The notes: generated by a model from the sequence alone, not told the origin. A stretch of 64,000 bases of DNA from Patescibacteria group bacterium (GCA_040752125.1 JBFMFK010000006.1:1152-65151); one strand, 5' to 3'. Shown: positions 29,028-38,674, counted from the stretch's first letter. Translations and numbers: made by a program.

Positions 29028-29777
29028 GTTCGACTTCCGAAGTCGCACAAAGTCGCGCAAGCAAGTTGGACAGTTAGATCAGGTGGTCGTCATCGAGTAA
29101 AAGCTTTGTTCCGCTTGTTTCCACAAAATTCTCATACTCCTTTTTGTTGGAGAATTGGCTTAAAATTATTTCTGTCTTTAAAAAATCAGCCCATCTGTTT
29201 TGTTTGATGTAATCTTGATAACTTGACCAGAAATAACTTGCTTCTTTATTTTTGTATTTTGTTAATTCTCTAGAATTGCGGTGTATATACGCAGAGAGAT
29301 GCAGCAGTTGCTCATTATTTTTAATGTGGACCGACCGAAACGCTCCTTGAAATAAGTGCCCCGATTTTTCATATTTTGTATTTAGATATTTCGTATAGGC
29401 AATTTGTATTCTTTGCAGATATTTAGATACTCCGCCTTCTTTAATTTCGCGCACAGTAAGATGGAAATGATTTGGCATCAAGCAAAAATTAATTAACTCA
29501 ACATAGCGGTTCTCAATAATATTTTTTTCAATATCTTTTGACACATTGAAATTTCGCCGCTTTACAAAATTAGAAATTAAGCGTCCTACATTGTAAAAGT
29601 TATTGGGGGATTGAAGATAAAGTATAAGGAAAAGGAATCTTGCCCAATCTTTTTCTTCGTGGAAAATATTCTGTTTATGATTTTCTCTATTGAAAATATG
29701 ATAATATTCTCCAATTGATATATTTTCTCGTCGTGGCATATCATATACTATAGCATGTGCGACTTCGGAAGTCGAAC
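29028..29777 (-). mobile_element. IS200/IS605-like (RAYT-like) element, copy 2, with perfect 21-bp inverted hairpin ends
   Basis: gttcgacttccgaagtcgcac at 29028-29048 and gtgcgacttcggaagtcgaac at 29757-29777 are exact reverse complements. Each contains the palindrome cgacttc-g-gaagtcg. Confidence 0.65.
29074..29739 (-). CDS. Y1 (HUH) transposase, IS200-like / REP-associated tyrosine transposase-like (paralog of 13024-13662)
   Basis: FCLMPNHFHL HUH motif, SGHLFQG, AYTKYLNTKY, SSYQDY. Confidence 0.7.
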   Translation of the reverse strand: MPRRENISIGEYYHIFNRENHKQNIFHEEKDWARFLFLILYLQSPNNFYNVGRLISNFVKRRNFNVSKDIEKNIIENRYVELINFCLMPNHFHLTVREIKEGGVSKYLQRIQIAYTKYLNTKYEKSGHLFQGAFRSVHIKNNEQLLHLSAYIHRNSRELTKYKNKEASYFWSSYQDYIKQNRWADFLKTEIILSQFSNKKEYENFVETSGTKLLLDDDHLI

Positions 29778-29796
29778 AGATTGAGGGCCTGGAATT

Positions 29797-29913
29797 TTAT
29801 ACAGGAAGATTATCAATATCTTCATCTTTGACCAAATCTAAATCATCACTAAAAGCATCATCAGAAAGCAAATCGTTTTTTTCTTCTTTAATTTCATTAT
29901 TTTCTTCTGACAT
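29797..29913 (-). CDS. possible 38-aa highly acidic small ORF (MSEENNEIKEEKNDLLSDDAFSDDLDLVKDEDIDNLPV)
   Basis: ATG 1 nt after the fusA stop. Below the 60-aa threshold of the ORF track. Composition only. Confidence 0.2.
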   Translation of the reverse strand: MSEENNEIKEEKNDLLSDDAFSDDLDLVKDEDIDNLPV

Positions 29914-29914
29914 A

Positions 29915-32017
29915 CTATTTATTTTTGCCTTCTATGATCAATTGTATAATATTCTGCGGCACAACTGCATAATGATCGAATTCCATAGTAAAGGTTCCTC
30001 TTCCCTCTGTCATTGAACGGAGATTAGTGACATAGCCAAACATTTCAGCCAGAGGAACTTTTGCCTTGATTATTCGCAGACCGCCTCTTTCTCCCATTTC
30101 CTCAATCTGCCCTCGTTTTGAATTAAGATTGCCAGTGATGTCACCCAAAAATTTTTCAGGTGCTATAACCTCAATGTGCATAATAGGTTCAAGTATAACT
30201 GGTTTTGCCATCTTTACTGCTTCTTGTAAAGCGATGGAGGACGCGATTTTAAATGCAGCTTCCGAAGAATCAACTTCATGATATGATCCGTCAAAAAGTT
30301 CTACTGACATATCAATCAATGGGTATCCAGCAACCACGCCTTTTTCCATTGCCTCTTTTACTCCCTTTTCCACAGCTGGTATAAATTCCTGGGGGATAAT
30401 GCCGCCTTTTATAGAATTGATAAATTCAAAACCAGTTCCTCTTTCTTGAGGCCTGATCTTGATTTTCACGTGACCGTATTGGCCTCGACCTCCTGATTGG
30501 CGGATATATTTTCCTTCTGCCTCTGATTCTGAAAGTATTGTCTCCTTATAGGCCACTTGGGGCTTGCCTACATTTGCCTCTACTCTGAATTCACGCCTCA
30601 TTCTATCAACAATAATTTCCAAATGTAATTCTCCCATTCCAGCAATAATTGTTTCAAGAGTTTCAGGATCAGATTTTATCTTAAAGGTTGGATCCTCTTC
30701 TGAAAGACGGCGGAGAGCTAGGCCCATTTTTTCCTGATCAGCTTTTGTCTTTGGTTCTATGCGCATTGAAACCACTGGTTCAGGGAATTCAATCTTTTCA
30801 AGCAAGATTGGCCTTTCTAAATCGCATAATGTATCGCCTGTTCTCGTCCCTTTTAAGCCAACAATTGCGGCAATATCTCCTGAATAAACCTTTTTTATCT
30901 CTTCTCTGTCATTGGCATGCATTCTTAAAATTCTTCCCACTCTTTCTTTTTGATCAGTATTACTGTTCAAAACATAAGATCCTGATTCAAGCACGCCAGA
31001 ATAAACCCTAAAATAAGTGAGTTGGCCTACATAAGGATCTGTCTGTAATTTAAAGGCCAGGGCAACAAAGGGGAGATCGTCTTTTGATTCTATCAGAATT
31101 TCTTCTCCAGTCTTTGGATTATGGGCAACGACAGGCGGCAAATCTATGGGGCTTGGCAAGTAATCAATCACTGCATCAAGCACAAGTTGCACTCCCTTGT
31201 TTTTCAGGGCCGAACCGCAAAAAACCGGCACCAGTTCATAATCCAAAACTGCTTTTCTTAAAATCATTTTTAGTTTCTCTACAGAAATTTCTTTTCCCTC
31301 AAAATATTCCTCCATCGCCCCTTCATCTTTTTCTACAATTTTTTCTACCAGATCTTTGCGAAATTTCTCAACGTCATTTTTAAATTCAATGGGGATTTCC
31401 TCTTCTCTAATTTTTTCTCCAAATTCTCCTTCAAATCTGAAAACTTTTCGGTTCACTAAATCAATAATACCGGAAAATTGATCCTCCAAACCGATAGGCA
31501 GCTGCATTCTGATGGCATTTGGTGTTAATCTTTCTAAAATTGATTTAAAGCTTTTTTCAAAACTGGCACCAGTCCGATCAAGTTTATTAATAAAACAAAT
31601 TCTGGGAACTTTATATTTATCTGCTTGGCGCCATACTGTTTCCGATTGGGGTTCAACACCTGCCACACCGTCAAAAACAATAATGGCGCCATCAAGTACT
31701 CTTAAGGATCTTTCTACCTCTACTGTAAAATCAACATGCCCTGGCGTGTCAATGATATTAATTTTATGCTCGTAATTTTTATCATTATGGCGGTAAAGAG
31801 GTGTCCAGAAACAGGTTGTTGCCGCAGAGGTAATGGTGATGCCTCTTTCTCTCTCCTGTTCCATCCAATCCATCACCGCCCGGCCGTCATGAACCTCGCC
31901 GATCTTATGAGAGACTCCGGTATAAAAAAGCACCCTTTCAGTAAAGGTTGTTTTACCTGCATCTATGTGCGCAACAATACCAATATCGCGTGTTTTTTCT
32001 ATAGAATAATCCTTCAT
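29915..32017 (-). CDS. fusA: elongation factor G
   Basis: AHIDAGKTT, five-domain EF-G length of 700 aa. Confidence 0.95.
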   Translation of the reverse strand: MKDYSIEKTRDIGIVAHIDAGKTTFTERVLFYTGVSHKIGEVHDGRAVMDWMEQERERGITITSAATTCFWTPLYRHNDKNYEHKINIIDTPGHVDFTVEVERSLRVLDGAIIVFDGVAGVEPQSETVWRQADKYKVPRICFINKLDRTGASFEKSFKSILERLTPNAIRMQLPIGLEDQFSGIIDLVNRKVFRFEGEFGEKIREEEIPIEFKNDVEKFRKDLVEKIVEKDEGAMEEYFEGKEISVEKLKMILRKAVLDYELVPVFCGSALKNKGVQLVLDAVIDYLPSPIDLPPVVAHNPKTGEEILIESKDDLPFVALAFKLQTDPYVGQLTYFRVYSGVLESGSYVLNSNTDQKERVGRILRMHANDREEIKKVYSGDIAAIVGLKGTRTGDTLCDLERPILLEKIEFPEPVVSMRIEPKTKADQEKMGLALRRLSEEDPTFKIKSDPETLETIIAGMGELHLEIIVDRMRREFRVEANVGKPQVAYKETILSESEAEGKYIRQSGGRGQYGHVKIKIRPQERGTGFEFINSIKGGIIPQEFIPAVEKGVKEAMEKGVVAGYPLIDMSVELFDGSYHEVDSSEAAFKIASSIALQEAVKMAKPVILEPIMHIEVIAPEKFLGDITGNLNSKRGQIEEMGERGGLRIIKAKVPLAEMFGYVTNLRSMTEGRGTFTMEFDHYAVVPQNIIQLIIEGKNK

Positions 32018-32060
32018 AAATATTCATAATATTCGCGAAAAATTCGCTATTCGTTGATCT

Positions 32061-32597
32061 CTACCAGGCGAAGTGAGCAAAGGCCTTATTAGCTTCTGCC
32101 ATCTTATGGACATTTTCTTTTTTCTTTACTGCATGACCTTCATTTTTAGAAGCCGCAATTAACTCTTCAGACAATCTCTTTGTCATCGCCAATCCTTTTT
32201 TTGCTCTTGATCCTTCTAAAATCCATCTGATAGCCAAAGCTGTTCTTCTTTGTGGAGGAACCTCGCGAGGCACCTGATAATTCGCGCCCCCAATTCTTCT
32301 TGATCTTATCTCTATTAAAGGTGTGGCATTCTTTATAGCCAATTCAAAAACTTCCAGAGGTTTTTCTGTTTTGGTTTTCTTTCTAATCTCTTCTAGAGAA
32401 TTGTAGAAAATTTTTCTGGCTAGAGATTTTTTACCGCCTTTCATTAGGGAATTAATAAATTTTTCTGCTAAAACTGAATTAGTGAAAAAGTCCGGCTTAA
32501 TTTCTATTTTTCTTTTTATTTTTTTTCTCATATAAATATAATGCTGAATTAACGCTAATCTTTCGTTCGCATTATGTTTTCGGGCGCTTTGCGCCAT
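32061..32597 (-). CDS. rpsG: 30S ribosomal protein S7
   Basis: Canonical S7 C-terminus ...KAFAHFAW. Confidence 0.9.
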   Translation of the reverse strand: MAQSARKHNANERLALIQHYIYMRKKIKRKIEIKPDFFTNSVLAEKFINSLMKGGKKSLARKIFYNSLEEIRKKTKTEKPLEVFELAIKNATPLIEIRSRRIGGANYQVPREVPPQRRTALAIRWILEGSRAKKGLAMTKRLSEELIAASKNEGHAVKKKENVHKMAEANKAFAHFAW

Positions 32598-32985
32598 ATT
32601 TGCTCCTCTGCTGTTTTCTTCCCTCTACCCCGCCAGCATCAAGCACGCCTCTGACAATATGGTAGCGCACCCCAGGTAAATCTTTCACTCTTCCTCCCCT
32701 GATGAACACCACAGAGTGTTCTTGAAGATTGTGGCCAATGCCGGGGATATAAGCAGTTACCTCCATGCCATTAGTTAGTCGCACTCTGGCCACTTTTCTT
32801 AAGGCTGAATTTGGCTTTTTTGGTGTGATGGTCTTAACCTGCAGGCAGACTCCTCTTTTAAGAGGAGAAGGATAAAATATTGGCCTGTTTTTCTTAATAT
32901 TAAAACTATGTCCAAGCGCCACTGACCTAGATTCTTTTTTCATTTTCTTTCTTGGTTTTTTGATTAATTGGTTTATTGTTGTCAT
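32572..32985 (-). CDS. rpsL: 30S ribosomal protein S12
   Basis: [19 protein letters not shown] core. Confidence 0.9.
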   Translation of the reverse strand: MTTINQLIKKPRKKMKKESRSVALGHSFNIKKNRPIFYPSPLKRGVCLQVKTITPKKPNSALRKVARVRLTNGMEVTAYIPGIGHNLQEHSVVFIRGGRVKDLPGVRYHIVRGVLDAGGVEGRKQQRSKYGAKRPKT

Positions 32986-33020
32986 AATTTAAATCTGCCC
33001 TTGCGGGCATATCAAAGACT

Positions 33021-33049
33021 ATATTAGCAAAAATAAAAAAGGGGGTCAA
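33021..33049 (-). promoter_or_regulatory. candidate promoter for the str operon (TTGACC-17-TAATAT)
   Basis: Minus-strand reading about 30 nt upstream of the rpsL ATG. The -35 overlaps the terminator stem of the upstream M50 gene. Confidence 0.4.
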
Positions 33050-33067
33050 GCAACCCCTTTTTTAATT
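33037..33067. terminator. bidirectional hairpin terminator (A-run, ggggt-caagca-acccc, T-run)
   Basis: Sits after the end of the M50 protease gene on the minus strand. Confidence 0.45.
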
Positions 33068-33106
33068 TTAAGTTATTACACGGTTATACTTATCGTTATA
33101 TTGTAT

Positions 33107-33775
33107 CTAAAATGCGATACCAGTAATTAGTTTAAATAGAAATCCAATCAAAGGTAAAAGGAGTCTAAAGAGAAGAAAAATAAAAACAATAAGGAGAACA
33201 AATCCATAGCGCTCCAAAAAAAACTGAATATTCTGCCATTTGTAGGGTAAGATACTAAAAAGAACCTTGGAACCATCTAATGGCGGAATGGGAACAAGAT
33301 TAAAAACTCCCAAAAGAAGGTTTATAAAAACTATTAAAGATGCTATTTGTAAAAATGAAGGATAAGCAATATTCAAAGAAGGGCTGAATCTGATTAATAA
33401 TCCAAAAAAACCTGCTACCAAAAAATTGGAGACAGGTCCAGCCGCACCCACGATGCCTGGACCCCATTTTTGATTTTTTAAATTATGCGGATTGTAAGGC
33501 ACCGGCTTGGCCCAGCCAAAAATAAAACCGCCCAAAAGAAAAGTCATGATGGGAATCACAACTGAACCTATTGGATCCAGATGTCTGAAAGGATTCAAGG
33601 TCAATCTGCCTGCATAGCGCGCCGTAGGATCGCCCAAGATATTGGCCGTATATCCATGAGAAACTTCGTGAATAACTACAGACATAATCAGGATGGCGAT
33701 TGAAAAAACAAAATCAATTTCTTGCATAGCACTAATTTTTATGTTAACATAAAAATTAGTGAATTCAAAAGGCAT
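33107..33775 (-). CDS. M50 family zinc metalloprotease (site-2 protease-like)
   Basis: HEVSHG HExxH motif and NLVPIPPLDGSKVL LDG motif. Polytopic membrane protein. Confidence 0.75.
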   Translation of the reverse strand: MPFEFTNFYVNIKISAMQEIDFVFSIAILIMSVVIHEVSHGYTANILGDPTARYAGRLTLNPFRHLDPIGSVVIPIMTFLLGGFIFGWAKPVPYNPHNLKNQKWGPGIVGAAGPVSNFLVAGFFGLLIRFSPSLNIAYPSFLQIASLIVFINLLLGVFNLVPIPPLDGSKVLFSILPYKWQNIQFFLERYGFVLLIVFIFLLFRLLLPLIGFLFKLITGIAF

Positions 33776-33792
33776 TTAAGTTTTGAATTTCT

Positions 33793-33987
33793 ATGAAGTT
33801 TTGTCCAATTTGCAAAAGAGGGATCATGATGGCCAGAAGAAGAAATCTTCTTAGGGGCAAATATAATCCTACAAAACAATCAAAAAGATATCCCAATCTC
33901 CAATGGGCAGTTTTGCCTAATGGAAAAAGAATCAAAATTTGCACCAGATGTATGAAAAAGAGTCTTCATTTACATTTAAAAAAATAA
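33793..33987 (+). CDS. rpmB: 50S ribosomal protein L28 (zinc-ribbon type)
   Basis: CPIC...CTRC Cys4 and RYPNLQ...NGKRIKICTRC match L28. Confidence 0.7.
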   Translation: MKFCPICKRGIMMARRRNLLRGKYNPTKQSKRYPNLQWAVLPNGKRIKICTRCMKKSLHLHLKK

Positions 33988-33989
33988 AA

Positions 33990-34217
33990 ATGTCTTACGA
34001 GCAATTTTTACAGCAAAATTTTTTGTGGCTGATCATTATAACCACGGTCTGGGTACTTCCGTGGAAGGGGGTGGCCTTATGGAAAGCCGCTAAAAATCAT
34101 CATCAGTGGTGGTTTATAGCTCTTCTTGTGATCAATACTTTTGCCATTCTGGAAATTATTTATATTTTCTTTTTTTCAAAAAAGAAAAGGAAATGTAAAA
34201 AGAGTTGCACCGAATGA
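33990..34217 (+). CDS. small two-TM membrane protein (PLDc_N/DUF-like WK...W motif). The internal start is more likely than the 33939 start, which overlaps rpmB.
   Basis: MSYEQFLQQNFLWLIIITTVWVLPWKGVALWKAAKN... followed by tRNA-Ser and a strong terminator. Confidence 0.4.
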   Translation: MSYEQFLQQNFLWLIIITTVWVLPWKGVALWKAAKNHHQWWFIALLVINTFAILEIIYIFFFSKKKRKCKKSCTE

Positions 34218-34245
34218 TAAGGCACCAGCTTATCCCGCAAGAGAG

Positions 34246-34332
34246 CGGCGGGGTGCCAGAGCGGTTGAATGGGACGGTCTTGAAAACCGTTATACTCGAA
34301 AGAGTATCGTGAGTTCAAATCTCACCCCCGCC
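34246..34332 (+). tRNA. tRNA-Ser (anticodon TGA), type II
   Basis: Near-identical in architecture to E. coli tRNA-Ser(UGA): TGCCAGAGCGGTTGAATGG D-arm, loop CTTGAAA, long variable arm, T-loop TTCAAAT. Confidence 0.85.
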
Positions 34333-34364
34333 GCTCTCTTGCGGGGTCGAGAAAAACTGGGGCC

Positions 34365-34399
34365 CGAGAGCCTGGTGTATAACCGGGCTCTCTTATTTT
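34365..34399 (+). terminator. rho-independent terminator (10-bp stem gagagcctgg/ccgggctctc + TTATTTTT)
   Basis: Closes the rpmB / membrane protein / tRNA-Ser unit. Confidence 0.6.
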
Positions 34400-34428
34400 T
34401 ATTAATAATATGTTAAGATTTTACTATT

Positions 34429-34923
34429 ATGGACGATCAAGAAAAAACAAAAGAGGTATTAATATTAGAGCCAATTGAATGGAAGGCGCCAGAATACGAA
34501 TTCTACAAAAAAACGAAAGATTGGTATTGGACCTTGATGTTGATCTCTTTTGCTCTTCTTGCTCTATCTTTTGTTTTTAAAAATATTCTTATGGGAATTT
34601 TAACAATCATTGGATCCTTTGCGCTCATTCTTTTTTCGGTTCGGAAACCCAGGATAATTTCTTTTTCTTTAATGTCACGCGGGATAAGAATGGATGATAA
34701 AATTTACAATTATGAAAATTTGAAAGGTTTCTGGATAGATTACGACCCGCCGCACAAAAAATTCTTGCTTTTGGAATCAAAAAAAATATTTGTACCGCAG
34801 CTAAAAATATTCTTAAATGACGCGGACCCTGTAAAAATACGTGCCTATCTTCTAAAATTTGTAAAAGAGGAGAAATTGGAAGAATCTTTAATGTCAGCCA
34901 TTGCCAGAATATTAAAAATTTAA
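34429..34923 (+). CDS. hypothetical two-TM membrane protein with C-terminal soluble (bacterial PH-like?) domain
   Basis: ORF between two tRNA genes. Confidence 0.45.
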   Translation: MDDQEKTKEVLILEPIEWKAPEYEFYKKTKDWYWTLMLISFALLALSFVFKNILMGILTIIGSFALILFSVRKPRIISFSLMSRGIRMDDKIYNYENLKGFWIDYDPPHKKFLLLESKKIFVPQLKIFLNDADPVKIRAYLLKFVKEEKLEESLMSAIARILKI

Positions 34924-34925
34924 CT

Positions 34926-34997
34926 GTCCTCGTAGTTCAACGGATAGAACATGGGATTGCGGATCCCAAAATCCAAGTTCGATTCTTGGCGAGGGCA
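34926..34997 (+). tRNA. tRNA-Arg (anticodon GCG as folded)
   Basis: GTCCTCG acceptor, D-arm GTTC/GAAC, anticodon stem TGGGA/TCCCA, loop TTGCGGA, T-loop TTCGATT. Confidence 0.55.
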
Positions 34998-34999
34998 AA

Positions 35000-35257
35000 T
35001 TATTTTCTTAAAAATTTTACGAGACGAGATTTTCTGCGATTAGCAGTATTTTTTTTCAAAACACGTGTTTTGACAGCCTTATCTATGGCCTTGTAAGCCA
35101 TGGGCAACATTTTTTCTGCCTCTTCCGGTTTCCCTTCGGTTTTTAATTTTTTGATTTTTCTTAAAACCTCTTTAATTTTCTTTTTTTTCAAAAGATTTAA
35201 TTCGTGCCTCTTTCTTGATTGTTTTAATGCCTTTTTGGCTGATTTGGTTATTGGCAT
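35000..35257 (-). CDS. rpsT: 30S ribosomal protein S20
   Basis: MPITKSAKKALKQSRKRHELN... is the typical S20 N-terminus. Confidence 0.85.
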   Translation of the reverse strand: MPITKSAKKALKQSRKRHELNLLKKKKIKEVLRKIKKLKTEGKPEEAEKMLPMAYKAIDKAVKTRVLKKNTANRRKSRLVKFLRK

Positions 35258-35336
35258 AATAAAATAAAAGATATACTAAATTGTTTTAAAATGCAAATGC
35301 AAATTGTAAGAATTTATAGTATGATATAGAAGAAAA

Positions 35337-35585
35337 ATGATGCAGTTTCTTTTTCAAAAAAATTTTATATCAGACTTCATTATTAATCAAACGAATCTTT
35401 GGTTTGTTTTTTGTCTATTGGTGGTCATCTTTATAATCATCAGCATTATCCTCATCTACCATTGGAATAAATACGGCTATCAGTCCAAAACCATCAAGCT
35501 GGCAACTATAATTTATTTTTCCGGAGCTGTCATAATCTTTTCCATCCTCGCATTCAGCATTAATAATTATTTTAACAGCTTATGA
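35337..35585 (+). CDS. small two-TM membrane protein
   Basis: 82 aa. Stop overlaps the start of the next ORF (ATGA). Confidence 0.4.
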   Translation: MMQFLFQKNFISDFIINQTNLWFVFCLLVVIFIIISIILIYHWNKYGYQSKTIKLATIIYFSGAVIIFSILAFSINNYFNSL

Positions 35586-36073
35586 TATTGACATTAGATC
35601 AAGACGAAAAAATAATTTTTCAAAAAAGAAAGTATTGGTTTATCCTGCTGGCAGAAGTTATTATGCTGTCTTTGCTTTTTATTCTTCCTCTGTTGTTTTA
35701 TTTCTCCCTTCCCTTCCAGATAAATAATAATCTCTTTCTCATATTTTTTTTAATCTGGTCGCTTTTCCTATGGGTCATTCTTTTTATTATCTGGACAGAT
35801 TACTATTTAGACTTGTTTATCCTGACTAATAAAAGAGTGGTTGATATTGAGCAGAAAGGTCTTTTTAACAGAGAAATTTCAACTCTTAGCCTTAATTGTA
35901 TACAGGATATTACCATTGAAACAAAAGGCATCATCGCCACTCTTTTGAATTTCGGAAACATTTACATACAAACAGCAGGAGAACGGGAAAGATTTATCAT
36001 CAAAGGAATTTTTCATCCGGAAAAGACAAAGGAAGATGTAAGACTTGCATTAGAGCAATATCAAAAATTATGA
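35582..36073 (+). CDS. membrane protein with bacterial PH (bPH_2/YdbT-like) domain
   Basis: Two TM helices then LTNKRVVDIEQ...IETKG PH-like segment. Confidence 0.5.
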   Translation: MILTLDQDEKIIFQKRKYWFILLAEVIMLSLLFILPLLFYFSLPFQINNNLFLIFFLIWSLFLWVILFIIWTDYYLDLFILTNKRVVDIEQKGLFNREISTLSLNCIQDITIETKGIIATLLNFGNIYIQTAGERERFIIKGIFHPEKTKEDVRLALEQYQKL

Positions 36074-36648
36074 TTGCACATTTAAGCGGGAAAATATTAT
36101 TGAGGGGTAATAGATATTTGATAATAAAATCCAATGAAACGGGCTATAAAATATTTGTTACTCCTGAGGCATTAAAAATAGCGAAGAATAAAAATGAATT
36201 TTCTCTCTGGACCCATCTTCATGTTCGTGAAGATGCTCTTGAGCTTTACGGATTTTTAGAATATCCTGAATTGGAATTTTTTGAAATGCTGATAGGTATT
36301 TCAGGCGTCGGCCCCAAATCTGCTTTGGGAATTATTGGTGTGGCTCCCCTTGATACTTTGAAAAGGGCTATTTCCATTGGTGAGACTGAATATCTGACAA
36401 AAGTTTCAGGCATTGGCAGGCGAACCGCTGAAAAAATAATCATTGAATTAAAAGAAAAATTGGGCAGTGCTGATTTTATGACTGATAAAGACGAGGTTTT
36501 AAAAGGAGATCAAGACGTATTTCAAGCTCTCCAATCACTGGGCTATTCCCCGCGCGAATCCCGTGAAGCACTTAAACAAATCCCCAAAGATATTGATAGC
36601 ACCCAAGATAGAATTAAAGAGGCTTTAAAAATTTTAGGCAAAAAATAA
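36070..36648 (+). CDS. ruvA: Holliday junction DNA helicase subunit RuvA
   Basis: MIAHLSGKI..., HhH motifs IGISGVGPKSALGII, C-terminal domain III. Confidence 0.85.
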   Translation: MIAHLSGKILLRGNRYLIIKSNETGYKIFVTPEALKIAKNKNEFSLWTHLHVREDALELYGFLEYPELEFFEMLIGISGVGPKSALGIIGVAPLDTLKRAISIGETEYLTKVSGIGRRTAEKIIIELKEKLGSADFMTDKDEVLKGDQDVFQALQSLGYSPRESREALKQIPKDIDSTQDRIKEALKILGKK

Positions 36649-36653
36649 AATCA

Positions 36654-37925
36654 ATGGAACTTGAAGCATTTTTAAGAATCGGAAGAAAAATTCTTCCTAA
36701 GAAAATTTTTAGAAAATTACAGCCGATATATCATTGGCTCCTGGCTTTTTTAGCCGCCATAGTTTATCGCTTTCCCTCCAGAAAAATTTTTATCCTTGGC
36801 ATCACTGGTACAAAAGGTAAAACAACTACCATTGAAATCATAAATGCTATTCTTGAAAGATCGGGATACAAAACAGCGCTCACCTCTTCCCTGCGATTTA
36901 AAATCGGAAAAGAATCAAGGAAAAATAAATACAAGATGACTATGCCAGGAAGATTTTTTATACAGAGATTTCTTCACCGGGCAGTAAATGAAAAATGCCA
37001 ATATGCGATTTTAGAATTGACATCAGAGGGCGCCTCGCAATACAGGCATAAATTTATAGATTTTGACGCGCTTATCTTCACCAATCTGGCGCCGGAACAC
37101 ATTGAATCACATGGCTCATTTGAAAAATACCGCGAGGCAAAATTAAAAATTTTTAAGGAGCTTGAAAATTCCAAAAAGAAAACAAAAACAATTATTGTGA
37201 ATGAAGACGACCTTCGTGCTTCATCTTTTTTGAATTTTGATATAGAAAACAAAATAAAATACGGATTTAAAAATCTTGAAGAGATGGGAATCACAACCCA
37301 ACTGATCGGAGAATTTAATTTGTATAATATTTCAGCAGCCATCACCTTTGCCGAATCACAAAGTATTGATTTTGAAATAATAAAATCAGCCATTGAAAAA
37401 TTCCAAGGCGTGGAAGGTAGGATGGAAAAAATAGATGAGGGGCAAAATTTTAAAATTATTGTTGATTATGCTCATACCCCAGATTCTTTAGAAAAAGTTT
37501 ATGAGACTATTAATTCAAGACTCAAGACTCAAGACTCAAGACTAATTTGCGTTTTAGGTGCTTGTGGCGGCGGACGGGATAAATGGAAGAGGCCGGAAAT
37601 TGGTAAAATTGCGGCAAGATATTGTGATCAAATCATTTTAACTAACGAAGATCCTTATGATGAAAATCCTGTTGAAATTTTAGATGATATTGAAGCAGGA
37701 TTTTCTGAAATTCAAAATTCGAAATTCAAAATTCGAAACTACGAAAAAATTTTAGATAGAAGAGAGGCGATACGAAAAGCGTTGAGTTTGGCAAAAATCG
37801 GTGATGCAGTGATTATCACTGGCAAGGGTGCTGAACCTTGGGTTATGGGACCAAAAGGCACAAAAATCCCTTGGGACGACCGCGAAGTCACGCGCGAAGA
37901 ACTAAGAAAAATTCTGCCAAAATAA
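36654..37925 (+). CDS. Mur ligase family protein (MurE/MurF-like, short)
   Basis: ILGITGTKGKTTT P-loop, DYAHTPDSLEKV. Contains two short tandem DNA repeats in frame. Confidence 0.7.
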   Translation: MELEAFLRIGRKILPKKIFRKLQPIYHWLLAFLAAIVYRFPSRKIFILGITGTKGKTTTIEIINAILERSGYKTALTSSLRFKIGKESRKNKYKMTMPGRFFIQRFLHRAVNEKCQYAILELTSEGASQYRHKFIDFDALIFTNLAPEHIESHGSFEKYREAKLKIFKELENSKKKTKTIIVNEDDLRASSFLNFDIENKIKYGFKNLEEMGITTQLIGEFNLYNISAAITFAESQSIDFEIIKSAIEKFQGVEGRMEKIDEGQNFKIIVDYAHTPDSLEKVYETINSRLKTQDSRLICVLGACGGGRDKWKRPEIGKIAARYCDQIILTNEDPYDENPVEILDDIEAGFSEIQNSKFKIRNYEKILDRREAIRKALSLAKIGDAVIITGKGAEPWVMGPKGTKIPWDDREVTREELRKILPK

Positions 37926-37994
37926 AAACTTTTTTCTTAATTATAGAATTATAGAGCTATAGAAGAAAAAATATCTTATTATATTCCTTAACAC

Positions 37995-38014
37995 TTATTT
38001 GCGATAGCAGATAA
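37995..38014. promoter_or_regulatory. 20-bp palindromic operator-like site TTATTTGCGATAGCAGATAA, copy 1
   Basis: Inverted arms TTATyTGC/GCArATAA. Lies immediately upstream of the -35 of the regulator gene. Confidence 0.45.
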
Positions 38015-38018
38015 ATGT

Positions 38019-38046
38019 TTGACTGTTGTTTTGATTGGATTATAAT
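38019..38046 (+). promoter_or_regulatory. candidate promoter TTGACT-16-TATAAT for the wHTH regulator
   Basis: Good match to consensus. The ATG at about 38080 is then the likely true start. Confidence 0.4.
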
Positions 38047-38064
38047 TATTTGTGACTAATAGCG

Positions 38065-38634
38065 GTGAATTTTATATTTATGTCACGAGGAATAGGAAAC
38101 ACACAAAAGAAAATCTTGCTTCTTTTATTCGCCGGTTTGGCTCTTGGCTTTTCTGGCTCTCCAAAAACATCTTTTCAAATCATCAAAGGAATTAAAGAGG
38201 AATGGAAAGAAATCGATCGCCAAGCCCTAAAGCGCTCCGTTAAAAAATTATACGAATCCAAACTTGTTGCAGAAAAAGAAAATCGCGACGGCACCATCAC
38301 TCTCATATTGACTAACAAAGGCAGACAAAAAGCTCTTACCTATAATCTTGATGAGGTGGAAATAAAAAAACCAAAACAATGGGATAAAAAGTGGAGAATT
38401 GTTTTGTTTGATATTCCGGAAAAGATTAAAAAGGTTCGGGAGGCCGTGAGAATGCATTTAAAAAACCTCGGATTCTATGAATTTCAAAAATCTGTTTTTG
38501 TGCATCCTTACGATTGTCAAGATGAAATAAATTATATTGTAGAATTTTACGATATCAGAAAATTTGTAAGATTCATTGTCGCCGAATCACTGGATAATGA
38601 ATTGCATTTGAAACAGTATTTCAATCTATTATGA
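38065..38634 (+). CDS. wHTH transcriptional regulator with Cas2/VapD-like C-terminal domain (PaaX-like architecture)
   Basis: C-terminal WRIVLFDIPEKIKKVREAVRMHLKNLGFYEFQKSVFV follows the Cas2 core pattern. N-terminal winged-helix region. Confidence 0.5.
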   Translation: MNFIFMSRGIGNTQKKILLLLFAGLALGFSGSPKTSFQIIKGIKEEWKEIDRQALKRSVKKLYESKLVAEKENRDGTITLILTNKGRQKALTYNLDEVEIKKPKQWDKKWRIVLFDIPEKIKKVREAVRMHLKNLGFYEFQKSVFVHPYDCQDEINYIVEFYDIRKFVRFIVAESLDNELHLKQYFNLL

Positions 38635-38674
38635 ATTATGACAACAATTTATAATTTCAAACGCAGATATACTC

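Noticed and set aside
34246-34332. Selenocysteine tRNA (long variable arm, extended acceptor helix)
   Set aside because: The anticodon is TGA (reads UCA, Ser), not TCA. The body matches canonical tRNA-Ser(UGA). The extra pairing lies outside the mature tRNA.
38065-38634. Possible CRISPR-Cas locus because of the Cas2-like domain
   Set aside because: There is no direct-repeat array and no cas1 or other cas gene anywhere in the window. The Cas2-like fold is fused to a wHTH and flanked by operator palindromes, which is a regulator architecture.
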